A stretch of 64,000 nt of DNA from an uncultured Gemmatimonadota bacterium. GTDB lineage: Bacteria; Gemmatimonadota; Gemmatimonadetes; Gemmatimonadales; Gemmatimonadaceae. Below the pieces are notes generated by a model. The model ran no database searches, was not told where the DNA came from, and saw only the letters and a program-made list of their open reading frames with translations. The position numbers and the translations under genes are program-made. The stretch spans positions 29,853-93,852 of the forward strand of contig CAMTWA010000020.1 in assembly GCA_947085385.1 (NCBI GenBank), in the 5' to 3' direction. Below are positions 8,912 to 22,335 of this stretch, piece by piece. The first letter of the stretch is position 1. Every line of letters begins with the position of its first letter.

Positions 8912-10702
8912 ATGACACGGCTTCTGTGCTTCTTCACTGCCCCCCTTCTCCTCGCCGGTGCCGTCGCACATGCCGCGGCGCAGGCCGACGGCACTCCCGA
9001 CGACGCCATCCGCATCAATCAGGTGGGCTACCTCCCTGACGCGCCCAAGGTAGCGGTGATCTGTGCGCTTGCGCCCCGCACGGTGGCGGTGTTCGAGGTC
9101 GTGGACCAGGCTGGCAAGCGAGTGTTCGGCCCAAAGCCGGCCAAGGCCGCCGGCAAGTTCGGGCCGTGCGTCGAGACCTTCCGCCTCGACTTCACGGCGT
9201 TGCGGTCCACCGGGACGTATCGCGTTCGCGCCGCCGGCCTTGAATCGCGTCCCGTGAAGATCGGCCCGGCTGTCTGGAACGGCCTCGCCGAGATGCCGCT
9301 ACGCTACATGCGCCAGCAACGGTCGGGCTACAACCCCACCCACGACAAGACGGTGCATACAAAGGACGGCATCATCGTGGACCATCCCACGCGCGCCGGC
9401 GAGTACCTGCCGGCGACCGGCGGCTGGGCCGATGCATCCGACTACCTGCAGTACGTCACGACATCGGCGACCGCGACGTACCAGTTATTGCAGGCGTGGC
9501 GCGACAACCCGAAGGCATTCGGCGATGCGCACCAAGCGGACGGCCGCGCAGGGGTCAACGGCGTGCCGGACGTGCTCGACGAGGCGCGACACGGACTGAC
9601 CTGGCTGCTCCTGATGTTTCCCGATGATTCGCTGATGCTCAACCAACTCGGCGATGATCGCGACCACATGTTCTTCGACCTCATCTACAACGACTCCGCC
9701 GACTACGGATGGGGAAAGGGCGGGGCGCGTCCGCTCTATCCCTGCACCGGAATCCCGCAGGGACTGCTGCGCTACCAGAATCGCGCGAACGGATATGCCT
9801 CGACGGCGGGCAAGTTTGCCGCCGCCTTTGCACTCGGCGCGCAGCTCTTGCGCGAGCGCGAGCCGGCGCTTGCCGACACGCTCAAGCGGAAGGCGCTGGC
9901 CGCCTTTGCGCTCGGCGAGAAATACCCCGGGGTGTGCCAAACCGCGCCGGGGCGCGGTCCGTACTACTACGAGGAAGATGACTGGGAAGACGACATGGAA
10001 CTGGGCGCCGCCGCGCTCTTCGCCCTGACGTCAGATGCACGGTACCAGGCCAAGGCGCTGCAGCATGCGGCGAAGGCCAAGGTGAAGCCGTGGATGGGCG
10101 CCGACACAGCCAATCACTACCAGTGGTATCCGTGGCACAACATCGGTCACTACGAGGCAGCGCGGCGCGGTACGCTGAACGAGCGCCTCAAGCTCTCAGG
10201 CTACTACCGCGACGGCCTGAAGGCCGTCGCCGAGCGGGCCGACAACGGCTTCAACGTCGGCATCCCGTTCATCTGGTGTTCCAACGACCTCATGACGTCA
10301 CTGGCGGTGACGGCGCTGCAGTACCGCCGCATGACCGGCGACGAGAAATACCGAGGGCTCGAACAGTCGGCCATCGACTGGCTCTTCGGGACGAACCCGT
10401 GGGGCGTCTCGATGGTGATCGGCGTCCCGGCCGACGGCAACTTCGCGCGCGACCCGCACGCCGTGATTTCGGTGAAGCTGAAGTACCAGCTGGACGGTGC
10501 GCTGCTCGACGGCCCCGTCTACTCGTCCATCTTCAGGAATCTGCTGGGCATCTCCCTCACCAAGCCGGACGCGTACGCCAAGTGGAACACGGGCCACATC
10601 GTCTACCACGACGACTGGGGCGACTATTCAACGAATGAACCCATCATGGATGGGTCGGTGAACGTGCTGTACCTGCTGTCGTGGCTGGACAGCCGGCGAT
10701 AG
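8912..10702 (+). CDS. Glycoside hydrolase family 9 (endoglucanase-like) with N-terminal Ig-like domain
   Basis: Signal peptide MTRLLCFFTAPLLLAGAVAHAAAQ. GH9-like motifs GGWADASDYLQY and YSTNEPIMDGSV. Confidence 0.75.
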   Translation: MTRLLCFFTAPLLLAGAVAHAAAQADGTPDDAIRINQVGYLPDAPKVAVICALAPRTVAVFEVVDQAGKRVFGPKPAKAAGKFGPCVETFRLDFTALRSTGTYRVRAAGLESRPVKIGPAVWNGLAEMPLRYMRQQRSGYNPTHDKTVHTKDGIIVDHPTRAGEYLPATGGWADASDYLQYVTTSATATYQLLQAWRDNPKAFGDAHQADGRAGVNGVPDVLDEARHGLTWLLLMFPDDSLMLNQLGDDRDHMFFDLIYNDSADYGWGKGGARPLYPCTGIPQGLLRYQNRANGYASTAGKFAAAFALGAQLLREREPALADTLKRKALAAFALGEKYPGVCQTAPGRGPYYYEEDDWEDDMELGAAALFALTSDARYQAKALQHAAKAKVKPWMGADTANHYQWYPWHNIGHYEAARRGTLNERLKLSGYYRDGLKAVAERADNGFNVGIPFIWCSNDLMTSLAVTALQYRRMTGDEKYRGLEQSAIDWLFGTNPWGVSMVIGVPADGNFARDPHAVISVKLKYQLDGALLDGPVYSSIFRNLLGISLTKPDAYAKWNTGHIVYHDDWGDYSTNEPIMDGSVNVLYLLSWLDSRR

Positions 10703-10731
10703 CGCGCCACGCAAGCGTTTGCGTGGCGCGC
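10702..10731 (+). terminator. Perfect 13-bp GC-rich hairpin immediately after the GH9 stop codon
   Basis: gcgcgccacgcaa-gcgt-ttgcgtggcgcgc. No clear U-tract. Confidence 0.5.
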
Positions 10732-10865
10732 GGCATGTCAATGACGTGAAGAGCACCACGCCGTCGCGCACGGGGATCTACACCCAGATTGCGACGAGAA
10801 CACCTGTGTTATGGTTCACAGACAGGCATTTCCTGATACTTCGTCGTGAAAACTCTGATCCATAG

Positions 10866-12362
<1,497 letters not shown>

Positions 12363-12376
12363 TTCTGAACGGGCGG

Positions 12377-14125
12377 CTACATGCTGAGGCTGCCCTTCCG
12401 GAACTCGCCCACCCCGATCATCGCATTCACGAGCACCGGCGTGCCGCCGCGCGCGGTGTCGCGTGCCTTGCGCAGGGTTGTCTCGATTGTCGACTGGTCG
12501 TCGAGCAGGAATCCGCGCGCGCCGAGTGACTCCGCGGTCTCGTGAAACGCGGTGCGCCCCAGTTGGGTCCCGACGTCGTCGCCGAGCATCGGTACTTGCC
12601 CGCGCGCGATCTGCGTCCAGGCGCCGTCGTTGCCGACGACGCATATGACGGGCAGACCGTGCCGAACGAAAGTATCGAGTTCGACGATGCCGTAGCCGGC
12701 AGCGCCGTCGCCCCACATCAGCCAGACGTCGTCGTCAGGGCGAACGAGCTTCGAGGCGAGAGCAAAGCCGGCACCGACACCGAGCGTACCGAAGACGCCG
12801 GGGTCGAGCCAGCGCATCGGCGCGCGGGGGCGCACCACATAGGACGCCGTGCCCACGAAATCGCCGCCGTCGGCGACGATGGTTGACTGCTTCGTCAGCA
12901 GGTCATCCACGCCGCGGCAGAGCGCCAGCGGGTTGACCGGCGGCTGTGGCGCGGCCGCATCGGCGGCAATGGAAGCATCGCGGCTGGCGTCACGTTCCGC
13001 GAGCCGTACGGCCCACGGCGCGCAACGCGCCACGGCGCCCGCGCCGGCCAGGGCGCGCACAAACAGGTCCGCGTCGGCACATACGGCCAGTGAACTCCGC
13101 CGGTTCTTGTGCAGTTCGCGCGCGTCGCGATTGGCCGATACGATCGTCGCGCGGCTGCCGATCTGCCGTCCGTAGTCAAGCCGGAAGTCCATGGGCACGC
13201 CGCACAGCAGCACGAGGTCAGCCTCGCGCAGCGCCTCCTTGCGATGGTGCCGCACCTGCTGGGAGGCGCCGATGCTGAGCAGTCCGCGCGCCATGCCCGC
13301 GAGGAAGACGGGGATGCCGATGGCGCGCACGGCGTCGACCAACGCGTCAATCTCCGCGGCGCACTCGCATCCCTGGCTGCCGATCACCATCACCGGGCGT
13401 TCGGCGCGGGCAAGCAGGGCGGCGGCCTGCTTCACTGCGCGTGCACTCGGATGCATGCGCATCACGTGAACCGGGTCCTGCGGGACCGAACCGCCCGGAG
13501 CAAACACCTTGGCGGCGTGACGGTTCAGGTACCAGTACTCGACCTTCTTGCGCAGGGGCGCGTCTGCCGTCGGCGGAGTGGCCAGGCCCATCGTCTCGCG
13601 GACGAGTTCCTCCGAATACAACAGGTCGAGTGGCAGCTCGACGAAGACCGGCCCCGGCACGCCATCGCGCGCCACGCGAAAGGCACGTTCGAGCACGTGC
13701 ACGACGTCGGCCACGCGGGTCGCCCGCTCGCCGTGCTTCACATGGGGGCGGATCACCGTCATCTGGTCGATGTCCTGCAGCGAACCGCGCCCGCGCAGGA
13801 CGGTGGCGGTGGCACCGCCGATGAGCAGCATCGGCGAGCGCGCCATGCGCGCGTTGGTGAGCGCCGTGAGCGTGTTGGTCACCCCTGGGCCGGCTGTCAC
13901 CACGGCAACGCCCACGCCGGTCAGCCGTGCGGTGGCGTCGGCGGCGAAGGCTGCCGTCTGCTCCTGCCGCGTGTCGATGACGCGGATGCCACGCCGCTTG
14001 GCTTCGACGAAGATTGGTGCGATGTGCCCGCCGGCCAGCCCAAAGAGCGAGCGCACGCCGTGCCGCGCCAGCACCTCGGCCACCAGGTGGCCACCGTTTG
14101 GACGCGACGGGTCGGTGGAGGTCAT
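12377..14125 (-). CDS. Thiamine pyrophosphate-dependent enzyme (acetolactate synthase / oxalyl-CoA decarboxylase-like)
   Basis: 582 aa with N-terminal TPP_enzyme_N sequence ([13 protein letters not shown]) and C-terminal TPP-binding GDGAAGY...GNDGAW. Confidence 0.8.
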   Translation of the reverse strand: MTSTDPSRPNGGHLVAEVLARHGVRSLFGLAGGHIAPIFVEAKRRGIRVIDTRQEQTAAFAADATARLTGVGVAVVTAGPGVTNTLTALTNARMARSPMLLIGGATATVLRGRGSLQDIDQMTVIRPHVKHGERATRVADVVHVLERAFRVARDGVPGPVFVELPLDLLYSEELVRETMGLATPPTADAPLRKKVEYWYLNRHAAKVFAPGGSVPQDPVHVMRMHPSARAVKQAAALLARAERPVMVIGSQGCECAAEIDALVDAVRAIGIPVFLAGMARGLLSIGASQQVRHHRKEALREADLVLLCGVPMDFRLDYGRQIGSRATIVSANRDARELHKNRRSSLAVCADADLFVRALAGAGAVARCAPWAVRLAERDASRDASIAADAAAPQPPVNPLALCRGVDDLLTKQSTIVADGGDFVGTASYVVRPRAPMRWLDPGVFGTLGVGAGFALASKLVRPDDDVWLMWGDGAAGYGIVELDTFVRHGLPVICVVGNDGAWTQIARGQVPMLGDDVGTQLGRTAFHETAESLGARGFLLDDQSTIETTLRKARDTARGGTPVLVNAMIGVGEFRKGSLSM

Positions 14126-14128
14126 GAG

Positions 14129-15673
14129 CTACCGAGCCGCCGCTCGCCACGTGACGGCGGACGAGGCGTTCCACGCCGCGTCGAGCGCGGCGACCACGAC
14201 CACGTCGGCCTTGTCCGCTGCGCTCGAGTACGGGAGGTTCACCAAGGGACTCGTGCCCAGCACGAGCTTGTAGTTCCACGTGGTGGCGTTGCGCCACTGT
14301 ACCATCCACCACCGCGCCGCCTCGGTGCCGCCCGGCGTGATGGTTACGCGCATCATCGCGTTCTGGTCCGTTATGGCGATGGCCGGCGCTGTGGGCGGTG
14401 TGGCATCGAGCCACGTGTAGGCCGGCACGAGCACGTTGCCGGGATAGCCGGTCGCCGAGAGTGCATCGGAGAGGCCTCCCTTGTTCTGGGTCAGCCACGC
14501 CGCGCGAAACAGGAGCGTTCCACTGCCGCCGCCGGCGTTGGCGCCCGCTCGCGCTCGCGTCGAGCTGATCTCGGTGATGATCTCCGATGCCGCGTAGGTC
14601 TCGGTCTTGCCGTCGGCCACGCGGTACGCTGCGAGTCCGGGCCAGACATGCCGTTTCTGCGTGTTGATCGCGATCCACCAATCGAGGAGCGCGTTGAAAG
14701 GCTGCCCCGTGTCATACGTTGACCAGTAAAGTTGTGGCGCGAAGTAATCCACCCAACCATTCTGGAGCCACAACTTGGAGTCGGCATAGATACTCGCGTA
14801 GGCGTCGAGTCCCGTGACACCCGCGGGATAACCCGGCCGCCAGATACCGAACGGCGAGATCCCGACCTTCACGGACGGCTTGGCGGCGTGCACCTCGGTG
14901 TACAGCCGCTGGACGAAGGTGTCCACGTTCCGGCGACGCCAGTCGGCGCGCGCCATCGCTGCGCCGCCGGCCGCGATGTACTTATTGTACGTGGCGTCAT
15001 CGTTGAATCGCAGCGCAGTGGTATCAGGATAAGGATAGAAGTAATCGTCCAGATGCACCGCGTCGACGTCGTACCGCGTGATCACGTCCTTGATGACGTT
15101 CAGCGTCCACGTGTGCACGTCCGGCTCGCCCGGGTCGAACCAGAGCTGACCCTCCCAGACGCGCGCCAGGTCGGGTCGCGTCTTCCAGAGGTGGTTGGCT
15201 GCCAGCTTGGCCATGTCGCTCACATTGCCGGCGCGGAACGGATTGAACCAGGCGTGCAGTTCCAGTCCGCGCAGATGCGCTTCGTCAACCCATGTGGCGA
15301 GCGGGTCCCAGCCGGGATCCACGCCCTGCGTTCCCGTCAGCGCCTTTGCCCACGGCTCGAGGTTTGAGCGGTATAGCGCGTCGCCCGACGCGCGCACGTG
15401 CAGGATCACGGCGTTCATCCGCAGCGCCACCGCCCTGTCGAGGATGGTGCGCATCTCGGCCATGGCCTCGGTCTGGCTCAGGCCGGTCCGCGTCGGCCAG
15501 TCGAGGTTGCCCACCGTCGCCACCCACAGCCCGCGGAACTCACGCGCAATGGCCGGCGGGTCTGCGCTGGGTGGCGTGACCGGTGGCGTCACCGGCGGTG
15601 CAGGGTTCGTCGGACCGTCGCCTGAGCAGGCGGCGAGAAACGCGAGGACAGCAATAAGTGCGACGCGACGCAT
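14129..15673 (-). CDS. Glycoside-hydrolase-like GH10-type (GHL10/DUF187, YngK-like) lipoprotein
   Basis: Lipobox LAFLAAC. Sequence [13 protein letters not shown]...MNAVILHVR...ELHAWFNPF typical of this family. Confidence 0.7.
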   Translation of the reverse strand: MRRVALIAVLAFLAACSGDGPTNPAPPVTPPVTPPSADPPAIAREFRGLWVATVGNLDWPTRTGLSQTEAMAEMRTILDRAVALRMNAVILHVRASGDALYRSNLEPWAKALTGTQGVDPGWDPLATWVDEAHLRGLELHAWFNPFRAGNVSDMAKLAANHLWKTRPDLARVWEGQLWFDPGEPDVHTWTLNVIKDVITRYDVDAVHLDDYFYPYPDTTALRFNDDATYNKYIAAGGAAMARADWRRRNVDTFVQRLYTEVHAAKPSVKVGISPFGIWRPGYPAGVTGLDAYASIYADSKLWLQNGWVDYFAPQLYWSTYDTGQPFNALLDWWIAINTQKRHVWPGLAAYRVADGKTETYAASEIITEISSTRARAGANAGGGSGTLLFRAAWLTQNKGGLSDALSATGYPGNVLVPAYTWLDATPPTAPAIAITDQNAMMRVTITPGGTEAARWWMVQWRNATTWNYKLVLGTSPLVNLPYSSAADKADVVVVAALDAAWNASSAVTWRAAAR

Positions 15674-15799
15674 ACACTAAAGCTGCCGCGCGTCCAGCAT
15701 GACGGCGAGAGGCGAACACGGACGCCGATGACAGGCGACGAACGGCAGTCCGCGTCAGACGGCAACCTATGCCAGGCGGCGCCCAGTGCCCGCCGCTAC

Positions 15800-16318
15800 C
15801 TACCGGCTACTCCCACCCATCGCGCCTTCCAGTGCCCGCCAGGGCAGCTTGGCGCACTTGTGACGCGCGGGAAACGCCGCGACTCCGGCAAGCGCGCCGA
15901 GTTCGCCCAGCGCGTCGTCGGCTTGGCCGCTCGCCAGCATCTCGTCGAAGCGGCGGGCGAGAACGGCAACCTCCTCGCGCGTTCGGCCTCGCACGACTTC
16001 CATGAGCATCGAGGCCGTTGCCTGCATGATGGAGCATCCCGCGCCCGTAAACCCTGCCTCTGCCACGAGACCGCCGTCCACACACACGGCAACCGTGACG
16101 TCATCGCCGCACAGGGGGTTCTTCTCGACGTGAACGCCGGTGACGCGTTTCAGTGGCCCCTTATGCCGGGGCCGCCGGTAATGCTCGAGAATGCGCTCCT
16201 GATAGAGCGCGGCCAGTCCAGCCGTTCCGGCCACCTGGGCGCCCTCGGTGCCCTCGGTACCCCCGGCTCCCCCCGCCGCCCCGGCCACCCCGGCGCGGTG
16301 CTCAGCCGACGTGGGCAT
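15800..16318 (-). CDS. SufU/IscU-like Fe-S scaffold, second paralogue with Gly-rich N-terminal extension
   Basis: Three scaffold cysteines in NPLCGD, GAGCSIM and RHKCAKLPW. Start chosen at the Met overlapping the sufS stop. Confidence 0.7.
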   Translation of the reverse strand: MPTSAEHRAGVAGAAGGAGGTEGTEGAQVAGTAGLAALYQERILEHYRRPRHKGPLKRVTGVHVEKNPLCGDDVTVAVCVDGGLVAEAGFTGAGCSIMQATASMLMEVVRGRTREEVAVLARRFDEMLASGQADDALGELGALAGVAAFPARHKCAKLPWRALEGAMGGSSR

Positions 16319-17540
16319 GGAACCGCACCTTCGCCCTGCGCAGCGACGCCACCAGCGCGTCCACGTCGGCCGTGGAGTTGTAGACGTAGAAACTGGCACG
16401 CACCGTAGCCGCGACATGGAGTGCGCGCATCAACGGCTGGGCGCAGTGGTGCCCGGCCCGCACGCAGACCCCATCCACGTCGAGCATCGTGCTCAAATCG
16501 TGCGGGTGGATGTCGCCTAGCGTGAAGCTCACCACGCCGCTGCGTGCTTCAGCCGAGGCCGGGCCGTACACGTGCAGGCCTTCGATGGTCGCCAGTTGTT
16601 CCAGCGCGTAGCTCGTCAGCGCCACTTCGTGTGCGCGCACGGCGTCCATGCCAAGAGCATCGAGATATCGTGCGGCGGCGGCCAGCCCGACGGCGCCTTC
16701 GACGTTCGGCGTCCCCGCCTCGAACTTGTGCGGCAGCACGTTCCAGGTGGAGTCGCCGTCGAAGACGAACTCGATCATGTCGCCGCCGAACTGGTACGGG
16801 TGCATCGTCTCGAGCATCTGGCGGCGCACGATCACGCCTCCGATCCCCATGGGCCCGAGCATCTTATGGCCGCTGAAAGCGTAGGCGTCCACGCCGAGCG
16901 CGTCGAAGTCGACCTGCAAGTGCGGCGCCCCCTGCGCGCCGTCGCAGATCGCCACGGCCCCGAGGGCGTGAGCGATCTTCACAATCTCGCGCACGTCGTT
17001 GATGGTGCCGAGGGCGTTCGACACATGGCCGAACGCGACCACCTTGGTGTTGGCGGTCACGAGCGCGCGCAGCTGGTCGAGATCCACGCGCCCGTCGGGC
17101 GTCAGCTCGCAGATGCGGAACTCGGCGCCCACCGCGCGCGCCAACTGCTGCCACGTGACGAAGTTGGCGTGGTGCTCGAGGCGTGTCACCACCACGCGGT
17201 CTCCGCGGTGCACGTGCGGGAGCCCCCATGCCGTCGCTAGCAGGTTCAGCGACTCGGTGGTGCCGCGCGTGAAGATCAGCGTGTCGGCGTCAGCCGCGCC
17301 GAGGAAGCGAGCGATGTCGCGCCGTGCTCCGTGGTATGCGTCGGTGGCGGCGCCGCTCAGCTTGTAGGCGCCGCGGTGTGGGTTGGCGTTGGCGGTCTCG
17401 TAGTAGTCGCGCACGGCGTCGAGGACCACACGCGGCTTCTGCGACGTGGCCGCCGAATCCAGGTAGACCAGTCCCGGACTTGCCGCGAGCAGCGGAAAGT
17501 CGGACCGAACGTCCGTGAACCCTGCACCGGCAATGCTCAC
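16302..17540 (-). CDS. sufS: Cysteine desulfurase SufS
   Basis: VRSDFPLL...YLDSAATSQKP, SGHKMLGP (PLP Lys), RAGHHCAQP (catalytic Cys). GTG start in a GTGA overlap with the upstream sufU stop. Confidence 0.9.
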   Translation of the reverse strand: MSIAGAGFTDVRSDFPLLAASPGLVYLDSAATSQKPRVVLDAVRDYYETANANPHRGAYKLSGAATDAYHGARRDIARFLGAADADTLIFTRGTTESLNLLATAWGLPHVHRGDRVVVTRLEHHANFVTWQQLARAVGAEFRICELTPDGRVDLDQLRALVTANTKVVAFGHVSNALGTINDVREIVKIAHALGAVAICDGAQGAPHLQVDFDALGVDAYAFSGHKMLGPMGIGGVIVRRQMLETMHPYQFGGDMIEFVFDGDSTWNVLPHKFEAGTPNVEGAVGLAAAARYLDALGMDAVRAHEVALTSYALEQLATIEGLHVYGPASAEARSGVVSFTLGDIHPHDLSTMLDVDGVCVRAGHHCAQPLMRALHVAATVRASFYVYNSTADVDALVASLRRAKVRFHAHVG

Positions 17541-18013
17541 TCGGTGCTCACCGGCGCGGCCGCCGCATCCGGCGTGTCCGCAGCGCCGTGCTGGCCAAGC
17601 GCCGCGTGCATGGCATGCCATGCCAGCGAGGCACACTTGACGCGCAGCGGAAAGCGCGACACGCCGCCCAGCGCCTTGAGCGATCCCAGCGACTCGGCGC
17701 CCTCCGGGTGCGCGCCCGTCACGACGCCGTGGAACGTGGTGAATATCTGTTCGGCTTCGCCGCGCGTCTTCCCCTTGATGGCCGCCGTCATCAGCGACGC
17801 GCTCGCCTTGGAGATGGCGCAGCCGCTTCCCTGGAACGACACGTCGCTGATCTGATCGCCCTCGAGCTTCAGCCAGATGGTGAGCTGGTCCCCGCACAGC
17901 GGGTTCTTTCCCTCGGCGTGCGCGCTCGCGTCGTCCATGACGCGATAATTGCGCGGCCGGCGGTTGTGGTCGAGGATGATGCTCTGGTACAGCTCGTCGA
18001 GTTCGGCGGACAT
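17537..18013 (-). CDS. sufU: SufU-type Fe-S cluster assembly scaffold
   Basis: NPLCGD, GSGCAIS and RVKCASLAW, with the SufU-type insertion between the second and third Cys. ORF trimmed to MSAELDELYQ. Confidence 0.85.
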   Translation of the reverse strand: MSAELDELYQSIILDHNRRPRNYRVMDDASAHAEGKNPLCGDQLTIWLKLEGDQISDVSFQGSGCAISKASASLMTAAIKGKTRGEAEQIFTTFHGVVTGAHPEGAESLGSLKALGGVSRFPLRVKCASLAWHAMHAALGQHGAADTPDAAAAPVSTE

Positions 18014-18023
18014 GCGATCGTCC

Positions 18024-19331
18024 TCAGACCTCAGGCGGGATGAAGCGCTCGAACAGCAGCGCCTCGAGCGCCACCTTGAGCGGCTCGAGTTCGATGAGCT
18101 CCAGCACCTCGGCGGCAAACGCATACGTGAGCAGCGCGCGCGCGCGTTCCGCGCCGATGCCGCGGCTCTTCATGTAGAACAACGCTGCCTGGTCCAACCG
18201 CCCAATGGTCGCGCCATGCGTACACTTCACGTCGTCGGCGAAGATCTCGAGCTGCGGCTTCGTGTCCACGCGCGCGCCCTCGCCGATGAGCAGGGCATGG
18301 TTAGTCTGCTTGCCGTCGGTCTTCTGGGCCTGCGGGTCCACGAACACCTTGCCGTTGAACACGCCGTGCGATGTGCCGTCGAGGATGCCTTTGTACAACT
18401 CGCGGCTGGAGCAGGCCGGCGCGATGTGTTCGACAAAGGTCTGGTGGTCGGCATGCTGCGCCTCCTCCAGCGCGTACAGCCCGTTCAGGCGCACCTCGGC
18501 GTTTTGGCCAAGGAGCTTGGAGTAGACATTGGTGCGCGACAGCTGGGCGCCCGTGGCGAAGGAGAACGCGTGATAGACCGAATCGCGCGCCTGCGTGGCC
18601 TGCATCGTGCCCACGTGAAACGCCTCGCCGCCCTCCCGCTGGACCTTGTAGTGATCCACGCGCGCGTGCTCGCCCACCACCACTTCGGCGACATGATTGG
18701 TGAAGTACGCACCGCCGCCGATCGTCGCGAAAGTCTCAACGAGCGTCAACTGGGCGCCGCGCTCCGCGATGACGAGCGTTCGCGGGTGCAGCGAGGCGCC
18801 ATTGGCATGGCTGTCGGTGACATACAGGATGTGCACCGGCGTTTCGAGCGCGACGTCCCTGGGTACGCGGATGACGACACCGTCGGCCATGAACGCCGTG
18901 TTGAGCGCCGTGAACGCGTGCGCCGCCGGGACGAGCGTGCCGAGACGCTCGGCGAGCAGTTCCGGCGCCTCCTTGAGCGCTTCGCCGAACGTCATGACCT
19001 GTGCGTCAACGTCGAGCTGGGCGAACGACGAGAGCGCGGGTTCGTAGCGGCCGTTGACGAAGACGAGCAGGTGCCAGTCGTCCTGGCCGTACGTGAAGCG
19101 GGCGATGTCGTCGGCGGTCAACGTGGTGGCCGAGGACCGCACCGGACGGAAGGTGCGCTCGGCGATGGGCGACACGGAGGTGAAGTGCCAGTCCTCGTCG
19201 CGCGTGGTCGGGAAGCCGACGGCCTCGAACTGCTCGATGGCCGCGATCTTCAGCTTCGGCAGCCAGTCCTTGGCCGTTGTGCCGCGCGCCGCCGCATCGA
19301 ACAGTTCGCGGTAGTTCGAATGCGCGGTCAC
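18024..19331 (-). CDS. sufD: Fe-S cluster assembly protein SufD
   Basis: 435 aa, SufB/SufD beta-helix family, positioned between sufC and sufU. Confidence 0.9.
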   Translation of the reverse strand: MTAHSNYRELFDAAARGTTAKDWLPKLKIAAIEQFEAVGFPTTRDEDWHFTSVSPIAERTFRPVRSSATTLTADDIARFTYGQDDWHLLVFVNGRYEPALSSFAQLDVDAQVMTFGEALKEAPELLAERLGTLVPAAHAFTALNTAFMADGVVIRVPRDVALETPVHILYVTDSHANGASLHPRTLVIAERGAQLTLVETFATIGGGAYFTNHVAEVVVGEHARVDHYKVQREGGEAFHVGTMQATQARDSVYHAFSFATGAQLSRTNVYSKLLGQNAEVRLNGLYALEEAQHADHQTFVEHIAPACSSRELYKGILDGTSHGVFNGKVFVDPQAQKTDGKQTNHALLIGEGARVDTKPQLEIFADDVKCTHGATIGRLDQAALFYMKSRGIGAERARALLTYAFAAEVLELIELEPLKVALEALLFERFIPPEV

Positions 19332-20086
19332 GCCATCGCCTCCGCCGTCTCGAGGAGCCAGTCGTAGCCGCGCTCCTCGAGTTCGAGCGCCAGTTCCTTG
19401 CCGCCCGAGCGCACAATGCGTCCCTGCGCGAGCACGTGCACGTAGTCCGGCACGATGTAGTTGAGCAGGCGCTGGTAGTGGGTCACCACGATGATCGCGT
19501 TGTCGGGGCGCTTCAGCTTGTTAACGCCCTCGGCCACGGTACGCAGCGCATCAATGTCGAGCCCCGAATCGGTTTCGTCGAGAATCGCGAGCTTCGGGTC
19601 GAGTACCGCCATCTGCAGGATCTCGTTGCGCTTTTTCTCGCCGCCCGAGAAGCCGGCGTTCACCGACCGCTGCAGCATGGCCTCGGTCATCTCGACGATC
19701 TTCAGCTTCTGCGTCATGATGTCGAGGAACTCCATCGGGTCCACTTCCTCTTCGCCGCGCGCCTTGCGGAGTTCGTTGTATGCGGCGCGCAGGAAGTAGG
19801 CGTTGGAGACGCCTGGGATTTCCACTGGATACTGGAAGGCGAGGAAGAGGCCGGCCTGGGCGCGGACTTCCGCGTCCATCGCCAGCAGGTCCTGTCCCTC
19901 AAACGTCACCGAGCCGCCGGTGACCTCGTAGCCCGGATGCCCGGCGATGACCTGCGCGAGCGTGGACTTGCCAGAGCCATTCGGGCCCATGATGGCGTGC
20001 ACTTCGCCCGGGTTTACCGAGAGCGAAATGCCGCGGAGGATCTGCTTGTCGCCGACGTTGGCGGTGAGGTTATCAATCTTGAGCAT
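19328..20086 (-). CDS. sufC: Fe-S cluster assembly ATPase SufC
   Basis: MLKIDNL start, Walker A GPNGSGKST, signature FSGGEKKR, Walker B ILDETDSGLD. The 36-codon upstream extension in the ORF track comes from the heptamer repeat. Confidence 0.9.
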   Translation of the reverse strand: MLKIDNLTANVGDKQILRGISLSVNPGEVHAIMGPNGSGKSTLAQVIAGHPGYEVTGGSVTFEGQDLLAMDAEVRAQAGLFLAFQYPVEIPGVSNAYFLRAAYNELRKARGEEEVDPMEFLDIMTQKLKIVEMTEAMLQRSVNAGFSGGEKKRNEILQMAVLDPKLAILDETDSGLDIDALRTVAEGVNKLKRPDNAIIVVTHYQRLLNYIVPDYVHVLAQGRIVRSGGKELALELEERGYDWLLETAEAMA

Positions 20087-20160
20087 GATTATTGATTTAG
20101 AGCTCGGATTTGGATCGCGATTGCGATTGGCAATCGTGATTGGTGATTCCTGCACGGGTC

Positions 20161-20195
20161 TCCCATCTCCCATCTCCCATCTCCCATCTCCCATC
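20161..20195 (-). repeat. Five tandem heptamers, (GATGGGA)5 on the suf-coding strand, in the sufB-sufC spacer
   Basis: Plus strand reads tcccatc x5 directly after the sufB stop codon. Confidence 0.9.
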
Positions 20196-20200
20196 TGCTG

Positions 20201-21630
<1,430 letters not shown>

Positions 21631-21634
<4 letters not shown>

Positions 21635-22335
21635 TGCGGGGTCTCGGGGGTGGTCACGGGCACAGGCACAGTGGCGCTCGCGCGCCGCGGCGCGCGAGCG
21701 ATTGCGTCATACTCACAGGCGCGGCAGCCGTCCTTCAGGTGCATACGGCGCTCAACCGGGGCGTCGAGCACGGTTTCGATGAACTCCGCCTCGGCGGAAC
21801 AGACTTCGGGAAAGCGCAGCGCGATTTCCCGCACGGCACAGTTGTGGTGCCGGATGGTCGTGGCCTCACCCAGCCCGGCGATGGCCTCGCTCATATAGCC
21901 CTCCGCCGACAGCAACTCGGCGAGGAGCTGGGCGCGCTCGTGGAGCGGCAGTTCAGCAAGCCGCGGCCTGGCCTCCTCTGCCAGCACGTCCCAGCGGCGG
22001 CGGAACAACTGGACGACGGCTTCGGTTCCCTCGCGCTCGCGCAGCGACTCGAGCGCATCCATGAGCGGATCCACGTAAGCGCGCGGGAAGAGCGCCTCGC
22101 CGGCGTCGCTCAGGGAGTAGGCGAAGATCGGGGCGCCCTGCCCGTGAATCTCACGGCGATAGACGACGAGCCCGGCATCCACCAACTCGGTGAGATGGCG
22201 GCGCAGCGCGTTGTCCGTCAGGCCGAAGTGCTTAGCCAGCGCCTTGATGGTGAGCGGCTGCTCCTTGCGCAAGGCGACGAGAATGTCGCCGCGCATGCCC
22301 TTGAATCCGGCGAGGGTGAGAGAGGTGGCCGCCAT
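21631..22335 (-). CDS. SufR-like transcriptional regulator (wHTH plus C-terminal Cys cluster)
   Basis: N-terminal wHTH ([30 protein letters not shown]). C-terminal C-x12-C-x24-C-x2-C. First gene of the suf operon, with a 4-nt overlap onto sufB. Confidence 0.7.

Noticed and set aside
13109-14722. 537-aa plus-strand ORF (and 444-aa minus ORF 13347..14681 in another frame) across the TPP-enzyme and GHL10 genes
   Set aside because: Shadow ORFs spanning two real minus-strand genes. No domain signatures.
17949-19367. 472-aa plus-strand ORF antisense to sufD; similarly 20318..21898 antisense to sufB, 44226..45479 antisense to DPP-IV and 50763..52328 antisense to the cupin and molybdopterin subunit
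   Set aside because: All are long open frames created by GC-rich codon bias opposite strongly conserved genes.
20087-20194. 36-codon N-terminal extension of sufC starting in the heptamer array
   Set aside because: SufC proteins start at the MLxIxNL motif. The extension is repeat-derived (MGDGRWEMGDGRP...). It is kept as a finding about upstream AUGs, not as CDS.
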